A stretch of DNA of 64,000 nucleotides from Chiloscyllium plagiosum (Eukaryota): assembly GCF_004010195.1 (NCBI RefSeq), contig NC_057720.1, positions 15,209,911 through 15,273,910 on the forward strand. Reading direction: 5' to 3'. The position numbers were made by a program, and so were the translations under genes. The notes under the pieces were generated by a model. It had not been told where the DNA came from, did not search any database, and saw nothing but the letters and a program-made list of their open reading frames with translations. How positions within the stretch are numbered: position 1 is the first letter of the stretch; the number at the start of each line of letters is the position of its first letter. Positions 13,101 to 25,704 of the stretch are shown here, piece after piece.

Positions 13101-14289
13101 AGAAGGAAGACACTACTTAAATAGAATTAAACACTTAGTTTAGACCTGTTTGATCTCTTTTCCCATAAGACCTCCTCTCAAAGACACCCTTCTAGACAAA
13201 GTCTGTTGAACTGCTCCAGCTGCCCTGCACAGTGCCCTCTGTCGTCATTGCCACATGCTGCTGGAGGTCCCAATACAACAGTTTCACTTCCTTGCTCTGC
13301 ACCTCCCTGTCTATGATCACCTCCTGCTTGGGGTTTCATTACATGTAGTCATTTACTGAAACAGAGATGTTGGAGAAACTCTATTTAAAAAAAAAAGAAT
13401 TGTGGAACACTATCTGGTTCAATTTTTTATTGGTGAGATTAATCCCCCAACTCTTTATGTACTATACACTGAGTCAACAGAACTGGTCCTAAAACTCTTG
13501 TAATTCTCCTTTGTGTGTGTGTTTTTTTCCTCCCTACTACCTTTGATGACTACACTTCAGAAGTACTTAATTTGCCCTTAAGTGCTTGGGATGTCCTAAG
13601 GTTGCAAATCATGCCATATTAGTGCAAGAAGGTTTATTCATTCTTTTTATCAGTTAGATAAATTAGAACAAGAGAGCTGGAAGTGACATGTTTGCTCCAT
13701 TCCTTAGTACAAAAGCCATACTGAGTTTTGAGTCTTAGGTGAGATTGGGATTTGCTGTGAAGGGTAATGCTGCCTCCTAGTGCCTTACAAAACACTACTT
13801 GCAGGGTTCACACTTTATTATGCACACTTTTTTGTCATCTTACAAAACTGAATCATATCGACTAAAATGATCAAGTAGTAAGTTGAAAAGAGATGGACAA
13901 TGAATGAATGTGTCACAATGGAATGATAATGACAATATAACTAAAACTCTTAAAATTAACATTTTTCTTAGATGCAAGGCAATTTTTAAACGCTGCTAGT
14001 GTTTTTTTAATAAAGAACGCACTATTGAAAAACTGACCATACCAATTTCACGAGTAAATGGAAATTTGTTGATTTTTAAAGTCATTTTCAGATATTTAAA
14101 GGTAGGTCATTTGTGGGTAGTGTGGTAAACATAAATTAAAATGCTTGATCTTGTGATCATCCCATTTTTAGCTATATTGATAAGCTCCAAGTTACTATTC
14201 AAATGTATCACAGAATATTTCAATGTGATGTTTTATTTTTAAATGATGTTCGAAGACACTAACTGACTGCAAGCGTTCAGGGCCGGTTT

Positions 14290-15300
14290 GGGGATAAATT
14301 TGAGGAATAAAAGTAAGTGGGCAGATTATTATCTAAATGGTGGTAGATTGGGAAAGAGGAACTGAAAGGAGCCCTGGTTGTCCTTGTGCACCAGTCACTG
14401 AAAGTAAGCATGCAGGAACAGCAGGCGGTAAAGTAGACGAATGGTATGTTGACCTTCATGCAGAGTGAATTTAAGTACAGGAGCAGGCATGTGTTGCTGC
14501 ACCTGTTCAGGATATTGTAATGCCAAACCTGGAGTATCGTGTGCAGTTTTGTTCTCCTTATCTAAGAAAAGATTTTCTGGCTATTGGTAAAAGTTAAAGT
14601 TTTCAGAGTCCAACTTGCTCATAGGGCTGTTATGTCATTAGACAGCAAGGACTGGTGGGGTTTAACCTGAGGGTCACCACACCTCAGGTGAGGGGAAGGT
14701 TGAGAATGACTGGACTTCATGATAACCTAAGTCAGTGCAGGAATTGAATCCATCCCGTTTGTACTACTCTGTATTGCAAAACAGCCATCCAACCAACTGA
14801 ACAACTAACTCCCTGTCTGGCAATAGAAGGGAATGCAAAGAGGGTTTACCAGACTTATTCCTGGGATGACAGAACTGACAGTCAGAGAGAAATAATTGGT
14901 AAGAACTATATTCACAACACTTTAGAAGAATGAGGGGAATCTGATAGAAACAATTAGAATTCTAACAGAATTAGACAGGGTAGGTGCAGGAAGATGTGCC
15001 CAATGACCGGTAGATGACATGATGACTGTGACCGGCGGTCCCAGTCTAAGAATAAGGGGTAGGCCTTTTAAGAACAGACTTGAGGAAGATTTGCTTCACC
15101 CAGAGAATGGTGAGCTTGAGGGATTCTCTGCCAAAACCCTGAAGACTTTCAAGAAAGATATACATGTAGTTCTTAGGACCAAAGGGATCAAAGGATATGG
15201 GGAGAAAGTGGGAACAGGTTACTGAGTTGGATGATCAAACATGATCAAAAAAAATGGCAAAGCATGTTTGGTCGGCCAAATGGTCTACTTCTGCACCTAG
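14290..15300 (+). mobile_element. Old degenerate CR1 fragment with nested SINE-like insert (about 14590-14810)
   Basis: GGAGTATCGTGTGCAGTTTT, SLRIRGRPF, KGIKGYGEKVGTGY similar to the element at 1-436. Confidence 0.75.
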
Positions 15301-15599
15301 AATTTACGTTATTATGTAAAAACATTTCTCAAAAGCAGCACAATTTTGAGTGTAATTTGCAGCTGAATTGTCTTCCTGGTCTACAACGGTCAGTGGTCCT
15401 AATGAAACTTCTTTAAATATTTATATTTTTAAATGTAAAACTGACATCAGGTGAATACATACAGTATATTTATAAGACAAATCATGGCTGTGTTACATAC
15501 AAATTGGAGGTTTCTCTTTGTTCTTGCTATAAATGCAAAAGGAAATGTAGATGCATATACACAAGTTCGTTAAAATTGCAGTACTTTAAAGATGCCACA

Positions 15600-16680
15600 T
15601 TGTTAAGGCATAGAAATATAGGATCAAAGAGTATTTGCAGAACAGTGGAAGCCATATGGACATTAAGGTCTGTGCTGGCTTCACTCGGTGCCACTCCACT
15701 TCCTTTTTCATATCATGCAAATGCTTCCTCTTCAGATAATGATCTGAATCTCTTTTCAAAGCCACACTTGAATCTTCCTCATACACAATCATGGGCAGTA
15801 TATTCGAGATCTTAGCTAATGTGTTGCATAAAAAGATTTTTCCTCAAGTTGCCACTGTTTGTTTTTCACGTTAAGTTGGTGTTTTCTAGTTCTTGATCCT
15901 ATCACTAATGGAATCAATGTTTACCTGTCTAATCTGTCCAGACCCCTCATGGTTTTGCATACCTCAGTCAAATCTTTGCTCAACCTTTTCTTCTCCATGG
16001 ACAACAATACCAGTTTCTCCGATCTATCTGCATAATTAAAGTGTCTCATTCCCGGATTCATTCTCATGGCTGTTTATTATATCCTCTCTAGTGTCTTCAC
16101 GGTTCTTCCTAAAATGTTGTGTCCCATACTGGACACATTATCCCAGTTGAAGCCGACCTAGTATTTTACATAGGTTTATAATAACTTATTTGATTTTGTA
16201 CTGTATACCCTTACTAATAAAGCCCAGGATCTCAAATACTTTTTGACCTCTCATTCAACTTGCACTGTCACCTTCAATAATTTGTACATGTTTATCCCCA
16301 GATTCATCTGCTTCTGCTCCACCTTTAGAACCATACCCTTGATTTCCCTTCTTCCCATGAAAATTAAGCATTTCTCCTTCAATGCATTAAATTTCATCTA
16401 CCACTTACTTGTCCATTCCACCAAGCTATCTATGCTTTTAAGAAGTTTAACACAATCCGCCTCGGTGTTCACAATACTTCCAAGTTTCTTGTCATCCACA
16501 GATTTTGAAATTGTACTCTGCACACCAAAGCCCATGTTATTAATATATATCAAGAACAGCAAGCATCATAATATCCACCCCAAGGAAGCCTCATTTCCTT
16601 CCAGTCCATAAATACTACAGTTTATCACTATCCTGTTTTCAGTCACTCGGCTAATTTTGCATCCATATTGCTGTTGTTAT
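15600..16680 (-). mobile_element. Old degenerate CR1-type LINE fragment
   Basis: Weak match to reverse-strand CR1 RT and 3' motifs (GTCATCCACAGATTTTG, TGGACACATTATCCCAG). Confidence 0.6.
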
Positions 16681-16828
16681 TTTTATTGCTCTAACTTTGT
16701 TCATCTCTTTATCAAATATTGTTAAACCAAAAGTAGATACTTCCAGCATCTAATGACAGTTCTGTATAGTTAGTTGGATTTATAGCAAATTTATTTTATC
16801 CAAAATGTATTTTATTGTATTTAAACAG

Positions 16829-19150
16829 ATATCGACAGACAAGATAATCTGTGTCCCTGTGCCAGAAGGCTTCTCAATGACAACTATGCAATGGAACAAA
16901 AGTGCTCTTAAGGGTCGTAAACTAAATAGTTTTGATTCTGGATTTAAGACTGATTTGGACCGTGAACAATACAATTTAGTGGATCAATATTGTTATGACC
17001 ATGCAATTCAATGGTATTCAAAATATTTCCCATACATAGCTATCATTCACACACTTATATTTTTGATTAGCAGTAACTTTTGGTTCAAATTTCCAGGAAC
17101 AAGTTCCAAAATTGAGCATTTTATATCAATACTTGGAAAATGTTTAGACTCTCAATGGACTACTAAGGCACTTTCAGAAACTGTTTATGAGGATTCAGAT
17201 CTGCAGATTCCACAAAGAACTGTTTTATCAACAGAACCATCTGTATCTTGTTCTTTAAACTTACAGCAGTCCTCTGATACCGTCCTTTTGCTGGGACAAA
17301 AGGAATCCAGTAGTGACAGAGTATGTGAGAATGATGCACAAGCGTCATTGTGCAAACCTCCTTCGAAGACTTTCAAAACTGTTGGAGGTGGTGTTTATGG
17401 TCATGCTGCGGTGAAAATCCTAGATAAAAAGGAGGGTGAACAAGCAAAGGCATTGTTTGAAAAGGTCAAAAAGTTTCGTCTGCACACAGAAGAAGGCCAT
17501 ATTCTTTATATGATGTACATAAGACAAACTATTTTACGCACTGTTCAAACAATTCTAGTTCTTGCCTATTTTGTAACTCGAATTCCTCAAATGAAGCACA
17601 TTGTGCACTGCATAGATAAAATTCATATCACAGGCTTCACAGAATTTTTTTGCATCCATGGTCTTTGGCGGATATTCAGGATGTTGTCTATCGTGTATGT
17701 AGTTGTCATATTCATTTATTGTATAACTTGTATCTACACATTGTATTGGATCTTCTATTTTAAACTTAAAGAATACTCATTTGCATATGTCAGAGAAGAA
17801 ACTGGGATTGATGACATTCCTGATGTGAAGAATGATTTTGCATTTTTACTGCATTTGATTGACCAATATGATAAACTGTATGCTAGGAAGTTTGCTGTAT
17901 TTCTTTCTGATGTCAGTGAGAACAAACTCCGTCAACTGAACCTCAGCTATGAATGGACACACGAGAAGCTTCAGCAACGTATCGTTACTAATGAAGACAA
18001 CAAAACTGAATTACATCTCTTTATGCTTCCTGGTATTCCTAATAATGTTTATGATATTTATAACCTGCAAGTACTAAAATTGGAATATATCAAGGATGTT
18101 TCTATTAGTGCAGCCATTTCACAGCAAACATCACTCCAAGAACTGTGGGTGTACAACTGTATAATAAAAGTTGAAAATCGAGCACTTGCATTTTTAAAAG
18201 ACACGATAACAATTTTACGAGTTCGATTTGCAAATGCTTTTGAAATACCACAGTGGATGTACTGTCTAAAAAATCTCCGTGTACTGTATCTGGAAGGAAA
18301 CTTATTAATTGACAATAAAACTTCAATTGTCCTGCAATCATTATGTGACTTAGAACGTCTTAGGTCTTTGCACCTTAAGTCCAATGTCACCAAAGTACCT
18401 GCTGCAGTTATTGATGTTGCCCATCACCTTCAACACCTCACAATTCACAATCAGGGCAAAAAACTTACCACTCTTAATGGCCTCAGGAAAATGCTCTGCC
18501 TGTCAGTTCTAAAGCTGTATAACTGTGATCTAGAGAGGATCCCAAGTGCTATATTTAGCTTGAGCAATCTTCAGGAATTGGATCTCAAAGACAACAACCT
18601 GAGGACATTAGAAGAACTGGCTAGTTTCCAGCATCTTCGCAAACTCTCCACGCTCAAACTCCATCACAACAAAATTACACAGATTCCTCTATATATTGCC
18701 AAGGCTAGTTCATTGGAAATGCTTTCTTTAACTAAAAATAATATTACTTTTCTTCCCTCAAATCTTTTCAAGCTTACTGGGTTACGACATCTTGAAGTTG
18801 GTCATAATAATATCGCAAGCATTCCTATTGAAATTGAACAGCTGGAGGATCTTCATTATTTTGACATTGAAAGTAACAAAATATCTGAACTACCTTTGGA
18901 ACTGTTTTATTGTACAAAACTTCGGGTGTTGATACTTTCATACAACCTTTTGACTTCCATTCCACCCAAGGTGAAAAATTTGGCACAATTGAGACAATTG
19001 GATCTGAAAGGGAACAAATTGCAGTATTTGCCACCTGAGCTAGTGAAGTGCCAATGTTTGAAGAGGAGTCAGTTGAATGTAGAAGAGGATATTTTCAACA
19101 CACTGCCATATGACATTAGAGAAGAGTTTCTAAACAGGGAATCTAGGTGA
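16829..19150 (+). CDS. LRRC8: LRRC8 family subunit, coding exon 2 (pannexin-like TM region + leucine-rich repeats, to stop)
   Basis: Acceptor TTAAACAG| then ISTDKIICVP in frame with exon 1. Motifs DLDREQY, CYD, FWFKFPGTSSKIEHFISILGKC, LDKKEGEQAKALFEKVKKFR, DIPDVKNDFAFLLHLIDQYD, then tandem LxxLxLxxN repeats; TGA at 19148-19150. Spliced product about 819 aa. Confidence 0.96.
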   Translation: MSTDKIICVPVPEGFSMTTMQWNKSALKGRKLNSFDSGFKTDLDREQYNLVDQYCYDHAIQWYSKYFPYIAIIHTLIFLISSNFWFKFPGTSSKIEHFISILGKCLDSQWTTKALSETVYEDSDLQIPQRTVLSTEPSVSCSLNLQQSSDTVLLLGQKESSSDRVCENDAQASLCKPPSKTFKTVGGGVYGHAAVKILDKKEGEQAKALFEKVKKFRLHTEEGHILYMMYIRQTILRTVQTILVLAYFVTRIPQMKHIVHCIDKIHITGFTEFFCIHGLWRIFRMLSIVYVVVIFIYCITCIYTLYWIFYFKLKEYSFAYVREETGIDDIPDVKNDFAFLLHLIDQYDKLYARKFAVFLSDVSENKLRQLNLSYEWTHEKLQQRIVTNEDNKTELHLFMLPGIPNNVYDIYNLQVLKLEYIKDVSISAAISQQTSLQELWVYNCIIKVENRALAFLKDTITILRVRFANAFEIPQWMYCLKNLRVLYLEGNLLIDNKTSIVLQSLCDLERLRSLHLKSNVTKVPAAVIDVAHHLQHLTIHNQGKKLTTLNGLRKMLCLSVLKLYNCDLERIPSAIFSLSNLQELDLKDNNLRTLEELASFQHLRKLSTLKLHHNKITQIPLYIAKASSLEMLSLTKNNITFLPSNLFKLTGLRHLEVGHNNIASIPIEIEQLEDLHYFDIESNKISELPLELFYCTKLRVLILSYNLLTSIPPKVKNLAQLRQLDLKGNKLQYLPPELVKCQCLKRSQLNVEEDIFNTLPYDIREEFLNRESR

Positions 19151-19999
19151 ACAGTGTGTAAAATTCAATATTTTAATTAAATGAATAGTTTCTCTTAGAT
19201 TTTTGTGCACTTCAGAAATGTAACGTTTCAATAGTTCCTTGTATTTTATTCAACAATGACACTTTTTTTTTCCAAACTAGATCCTGCACTTAAAATAGTA
19301 AAATATTTCAAGATACTTGATTCTGTCAAAAAAAAAATGCCAGCTGTGGCAGAACAGTTAAGAGGGAGAAGAAAGAACAAGAGGAGAAAAGTATGATGTT
19401 CAGCTGATTTTAGATCCTGCTAAAGATGGAGGGAGGGTGACCCAGAACAGGAACAGCAGAGAGAATTTGAGGACTTAGAGATTGGGGTGAAGCAGAAAGA
19501 CAGGTGTGTATAAATGAGAATGAAAATTCAGTGTATTAGTAAGCAAGCAAATGATATTTGCCATTTGTGGAGACTGTAGTGTTGATGAGAAGATTGTTGT
19601 AGAATGCTGCAGATGACAAATGTGAATAGGTATTCAACAGAGACATCTCACATTGGTTGCATGGTAATAGACTTTTCAGGATTATGGAGTGAAAGAAAGA
19701 AACTGAATTGAACTAATTTGATAGCTGTCCAAAAAGCTGCTGAAGCATAATGAGATAAATTGTGGTCCTGGCCAGTATTTTATTATTTTTGTCAATACTA
19801 CGTTCGAGAACATTCTAGTTGATCTGTGAATTCCCATGTCAGCAAGTTTTGGAGCAAGAGGGTTTTGGATCTGGAAGGGACCAGAGCATCAAGATGCAAG
19901 AGGTGTGTTTACTAAGGATGATGGAATTTGGAACAAAGATCCAGAATGATTAGCTCAAGTCTGGTCTATGTGGATGTGTGGAAACACTAGGGTCAATCA

Positions 20000-20345
20000 G
20001 TGAATCCCTATACTGTGGACCAGGCCATTCAGCCCATTGCATCCACACCAATCCTCTGAAGAACAACCCACCCAGATCCAACCTCCTCTTCCTATGCCTG
20101 TAACCCTGCATATTCGATGGTTAATCCGCTTAACCTACACATCCCTGGACACTATGGGCCATGTAGCATGGCCAATCCACCTAACCTGAACACCTGTGGA
20201 CTGGTGGGAGGAAACTGGAGCACCCAGAGGAAATCCACACATGGGGAGGACATGCAAACTACACACAGACAGTTGCTTGAGAGTGGAATCAAACCTGAGT
20301 CCCTAGTATTGTGAGGCAACAGTGCTAACCACTGAGCTACTGATA
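20000..20345 (-). mobile_element. HE1-type SINE
   Basis: Homologous to 4833-5145. Confidence 0.85.
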
Positions 20346-21736
20346 CAGCTAAAGCAGTGAGAAAGATGTTCAACATAAGAAAAGCCATGAAGCTTGCATA
20401 GTCTCCAAGACATCCCTAGAACTAGTTATAATCCAGCTATAAGTAGATGGATGGTCCAGCCAGATTTAGTAGTAATAGTGGCTACTTTTGTACTATCTTT
20501 GCTAAAACTGGCAGAATTCAAACTTGGGAATTATTCTAAGGGAACAACAGACTTTTTGCAATTGTGAGTGACTGTGTGGAGATGCAGACATTGAAGGCAA
20601 CAACAATAGAATTATTGAATAAATTAGTAGAGTGGTTATTGCAAGAGAAAAAAAGTTAAAAAGTAAGGTGATATGGATTGCGAAAGTTGGTAGTTATAAA
20701 ATTGTAAGTCGGCAACCAGATGTGACTGTCAATGTACCGCATAGAATAAATCTGATTCAGGACAGAAGAGGAGAGAAATCCAGGGAACAGTTATAATTAT
20801 AATGTAACTTAAGTTCTATTGGCCTCACTGAAGATGAGGAGGTTCCAGATGCTGAGGCAAAGTAAACAAAATAATGAGAATTTTTTACGGATGACAGCCA
20901 GAAGTTTTCGAGAGTTGATAGCTAATAAAGACTTTAAATGAGCAATAGTAAATGATATGGAGTTTAAAAGAATAGTGTCTGAAGAACTGGACTAAGAGGG
21001 ATATAGTGATGAGACTGTGTATCTGTCATGGTGTCTGCATCTTGTTCTGATCATGTAGTCAGTTTGGGAACTGAGCAAGTAGAAGTCACCGTCACTTTTC
21101 TGTCATTCCATAATCATGCTCCTTAAAAAGGAAAATGTCTTTGAAAATTTTCTGTCAGAATTTAATTCAAGCAAATGTATTTGCCAACTTAATATTTACA
21201 TATATGAAAACTGAAATATAAATTACAAAACCACACGGCAAATGATCTGCATTACATTCTGATATCTATAGACACGAACGCTTCATTCCTCTTATCATTT
21301 GTTTTACTTTATCTATTATCTCAAGGCTTGTGTTGGGTAGAGTTCTACATTTCCAGAAATTTTTTTTCAGATGGCTTTTCTTTAAGTGAGTGTTTTTAAG
21401 CAAAAAAAATTCAAACATGGGATAGCGTAGCCGAACCCTGCACTTCATCGTTGCATGGACATGCATATTTTACACGAAGGATTGCAGGACAAGTAGGAGT
21501 GGGCACCTTTGCGGTTTCTTAGCCTGAGTACACGAAGTAATTTTAGTACCTCGTCATTTTTTCTGAAGTTAGCGAATTTGAAATTGATGAGGGATGGGAC
21601 TCAGCGCTGAAACTGCCGAATTGGAAAAATTGTGACCGTCTGAGCGGATTAACGTGCGGTCCAACTCTTAAATGTGACCTGGACTTGGCGCCTCATCATG
21701 AGGCGTCAGGAGAATTACGTTGCCTTCTCCAAACGC

Positions 21737-21847
21737 GATGTGGAGGTTTTGGACTGGGGTGAACAAAGTTAAAAATCACACAACGCCAGGTGATAGTCCA
21801 ATAGGTTTAATTGGAAGTACAGGCTTTCGAAGTGCTGCTTCTCAATC
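21737..21847 (-). mobile_element. Degenerate single arm of family-B Penelope terminus
   Basis: TTGGACTGGGGTGAACAAAGTTAAAAATCACACAAC...GGTTTAATTGGAAG matches 31510-31620. Confidence 0.75.
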
Positions 21848-21872
21848 GCAGAGAAGTTATCGTCCATAAAGG

Positions 21873-22512
21873 AAAAAGTGAGATTTCCAGGAAATGAGGA
21901 AAGGTTCCCCCCCACTATCAGGTTGTTTCCTGGTCCTATGATGTGTGACGTGGTCAGCTGTCCTTCCAGCTCCCACTTTAAGAAAATCTGGGCAAGGTGC
22001 AGAGGAAGAGGCAGATTCAGGTGATTTATACACGGAAATAGAATTTGGGCGGGGAAGGGTGGTGAATTTACACTTCAAGTCCACTCTTGTCCTTAACAAT
22101 TTAGCGTACCTCCCTTTCCAGTCCACCTTTTTTCCATTCCTTCACAGTATGAATGGCAAACTCACCCTTGCAGACGAGGCCATTCATTCCCTATCTCCGC
22201 TGGACTCATTCCATCACTTAGAGCCGATAGCCACACACAGTCCATGGCAACCTTCATCTCGGCCACCTTGGTCATTGCTGATGGCTGTTTGTGGACTTGA
22301 AGTGTAAATTCACCACCCTTTCCCGCCCAAATTCTATTTCCGTAGTTATGGAGGCTACACGTGTATAAATTACCTGAATCTGCCTCTTCCTCTGCACCTT
22401 ATTTCCTTAAAGTGGGAGCTGGAAGGACAGCTGACCACGTCGCACATCATAGGACCAGGAAACGACCGGACGGGGGGTAGTTTTCTTCGATTTACTGGAA
22501 ATCTCACTTTTT
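21873..22512. repeat. Long inverted repeat (about 210-bp arms, about 205-bp spacer), MITE-like
   Basis: 21873-22084 is the reverse complement of 22291-22512 (e.g. GAATTTACACTTCAAGTCCAC / GTGGACTTGAAGTGTAAATTC). Confidence 0.88.
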
Positions 22513-23194
22513 CTCCCCTTGTGCTTGCAGAGTTTAGGGGTGCCAACGCCCCAAGGAGAGACCCAAGACTGGGTTAGAGTGTCAGATGTGTCCATTGACA
22601 AAGGCAGAGCAAAACCTTACAAATTATGATTGATGCCACGAGCTTATTGCAGCAGCAGGCCAGTGAAAGGATATCCTCCAGGTGTACCTCAGTCAAGGGA
22701 AAGCAGGGCAGTGCTTAGTTGCACCGAGAGACCTGGGAAAGCAACCTGACATAATTGAAGATTCCTTTTAAGATACTTGGTGTGTTGTCAAGAGCTCCCC
22801 AGACCCACTGCAAGTAACCTAATCTCATAATAAGAGGCCCTTGGACAGAGAAAACAATAGCCTGTTTACACCACATTCACCAATTTTGGGAATTCACCTT
22901 GCTGCAGCATACAGAAGGGTTTCAAAAAATTTGCTTTCACACTGCAAGATAGCACTGATATTTCGAATGTTAACAAAAAGTTGTTGGTGTCACATTGAAA
23001 AATTGTTGTTTTATTCAGAAAATGTATTATTTACATGTGATCCCCATGATGTTTCCCAGTCAGAAATGCATGATCTTTATTAGCTTGTGTTTGAGGGACA
23101 GTGGCTGTATTCTTGCAGATTGACATGTGGATTTCTGTGTGAAAATGAAGAGCAGCATTGTGAGCTCCTGATTGCAGCAATATGCAAAAGAGAA

Positions 23195-23380
23195 AGTTAT
23201 CACAGTTCTACTCTCTCTTTAGAGATAATTAGTGGGAGTTTAATCTGAAGGTCACCCCCCACCCCAGGTGAGGGGAGATGCTTAGAAAGAGACTTTTTAT
23301 GATAACCACAGCCTGAGTGAGAATTGAACTCATGTCATTAGCATTACACTGCATTGCAAACTAGCCAGCTGAGCTATCCA
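23195..23380 (-). repeat. Ancient SINE-like repeat (second copy at about 14590-14810)
   Basis: Shared TTTAA(C/T)CTGA(G/A)GGTCACC..CAGGTGAGGGGA..GATAACC..GAATTGAA..TGCAAA; B-box-like TTCAATTC on minus. Confidence 0.55.
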
Positions 23381-23948
23381 AACTGTACCATCTGTGAAAA
23401 ATGAGTGACCAGGTAGTTTGAAGCAGATCAGTATGAGGTGGACCCATACCTCTTGGACCTTAAATTCCAGTCACAATCATCAGCAGCTGCTTGCTGATGC
23501 AGATCTATTTCCCCACACTGCTCATCAGATGCAGCATCTGCCTCCACTCCTTCCTCAGGGCTGATGTTATCACCTTCTGAAATGGCAAGGTTATACAGTA
23601 CTGCATAAGAATAATTATCTGCTTTAACTGAATTATACTGGAAGGCAACCCTGGTATAATGAGGCAGTGGAATCAGCAGACAGATGATTTGTTTTATGAT
23701 GTTCCTTCTTGTGATGTGACTGACACTGAACCTTTCTTGTACCTCACAGCTAATGTTTCTGGTGGGCGTCATCAGTCATGTTGGAAGTGGGTAGCACCTG
23801 TCACCTTGGATCCATCCCTTGTCTTGTGGCTCTGGTAAACCAAAGAAAAGTCCCCAATTTCACATCAGACAGATATAAACGCTGCAATATTCAGCCTTGA
23901 ATATTTTCAATATTTGAAATAAGATAGTTTTTAAATGGTTGGAATATT

Positions 23949-24673
23949 GTTGTGGTTTCGATTGCCGAGCTGGGAATTTGTGTTGCAGACATTTCATCCC
24001 CTGTCTAGGTGACATCCTCAGTGCTTGGGAGCCTCCTGTGAAGAGCTTCTGTGATCTTTCCTCCAGCATTTGAATCTGGTTTGAATCTGCCGCTTCTGGT
24101 TGTCAGTTCCAGCTGTCCGCTGCAGTGGCCGGTATATTGGGTCCAGGTCGATGTGCTTATTGATTGAATCTGTGGATGAGTGCCATGCCTCTAGGAATTC
24201 CCTGGCTGTTCTCTGTTTGGCTTGTCCTATAATAGTAGTGTTGTCCCAGTCGAATTCATGTTGCTTGTCATCTGCGTGTGTGGCTACTAAGGATAGCTGG
24301 TCGTGTCGTTTCGTGGCTAGTTGGTGTTCATGGATGCGGATCATTAGCTGTCTTCCTGTTTGTCCTATGTAGTGTTTTGTGCAGTCCTTGCATGGGATTT
24401 TGTACACTCATCCACAGATTCAATCAATAAGCACAGCGACCTGAACCCAACATACCGACCACTGCAGCGGACAGCTGGAACTGACAACCGTAAGCAGCAG
24501 ATTCAAACCACTACAAATGCCAGAGGAAAGATCACAGAAGTGCTTCTCAGGAGGCTCCCAAGCACTGAGGATGCCACCTAGACAGGGGATGAAACGTCTG
24601 CAACTCAAATTCCCAGCTCGGCGAACAGAACCACAACAACGAGCACCTGAGCTACAAATCTTCTCACAGACTT
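23949..24673. mobile_element. Family-C Penelope-like fold-back element (GIY-YIG 3' fragment + inverted copy)
   Basis: Minus ORF YKIPCKDCTKHYIGQTGRQL...REFLEAWHS; inverted partial copy 24405-24640; 13-bp TSD TGGTTGGAATATT at 23936-23948 and 24674-24686. Confidence 0.92.
24562..24601 (+). ncRNA. Minimal hammerhead motif (family C); mirror copy at 23985-24024 on minus
   Basis: GCA-CTGAGGA-T-GCCACCT-AGAC-AGGGGAT-GAAAC-GTC-TGC; stem II has mismatches. Confidence 0.65.
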
Positions 24674-24974
24674 TGGTTGGAATATTATTAATAATATGCA
24701 GTAATTCATTCTCTTCGATGCTTGTTTTGTAGCTTCTAAAATGTTATTCATTAAGTTTTGGTCCTTTTTAGATAACTAGTAACGTGATGAAATTTTTGAT
24801 TTGTATTCGGGCAATTTCCAGAGTTTATAGGAGAGTCAGCTGACAAAAATATTGCATAGAGATTGCATATATCATGTGAAACACCAGACAAGTTTGTTCT
24901 GACTGCTATGATGTCCAAGATGTGTTGGTACGATTTCTGATTGTAACAGCTATAGAACCATATTACAATAAAAT

Positions 24975-25248
24975 GTGGTATGGCGTCTCAGTGGTTAGCA
25001 CTGCTGCCTCACAGCACCAGACACCCGGGTTCAATTCCAGCTTTGGGTAACTGTCTATGTGGAGTTTGCACAGTCTCTGTGTCTGTGCAGGTTTCCTCCA
25101 GATGTTCCAATTTTCTCCCGATGTGCAAGTTAGGTAAATTGGCTGTGCTAAATTCCCTGTAATGTCCAGGTTAGGTGCATTAGTCATGGGAAAGAAATGT
25201 ACAGTGATAGGGTCATGGCTGTTTCCACACTGTAGGGATTCTATTCTA
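24975..25248 (+). mobile_element. HE1-type SINE
   Basis: CTCAGTGGTTAGCACTGCTGCCTCACAGC..GGGTTCAATTCC; tail CACTGTAGGGATTCT. Confidence 0.87.
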
Positions 25249-25704
25249 ATAAAACCTTTCTTGCAAAATAAACTTTGGGACCTGGCTGCATAAACAGATT
25301 GAAAGCTTTGCAAAACATATCAAGTTTTTGAAACAGTTTTAGTTTGTGTTAACTTGGTTATTTCTTTAGTGCCTGTACTGGTCCAAAGAAGCTGAAAACA
25401 TTCCATATTTGATTTCTGGCCCTACTTGGTTGTACATAAGTGTCACAATATAGTGCTTTTCTAATGTCATGGTCTATTGGTAGATGTAACTTACATTCAT
25501 TCAATTTTTGTTCGCCTCTTGCTTGTAGTAGCTTGTGGGTTCTAGACCCCTTCCTCCCATGCAGGACTGTATCAAACGCCTTGCTGAACTCCAAGTAGAC
25601 TTTGCCAAATGCATTGCCCTCAGCTGGTTACAGCTTTGAAAAATCCAATCAAGTTGGTCAGCTATGACCTCCCCCAAACATTACTATGCAAAGTACTCTT
25701 GATT

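Noticed and set aside
16805..16828. ATG at 16805 as the LRRC8 start
   Set aside because: MYFIVFKQ is intronic acceptor sequence; the real N-terminus is the exon at 3560.
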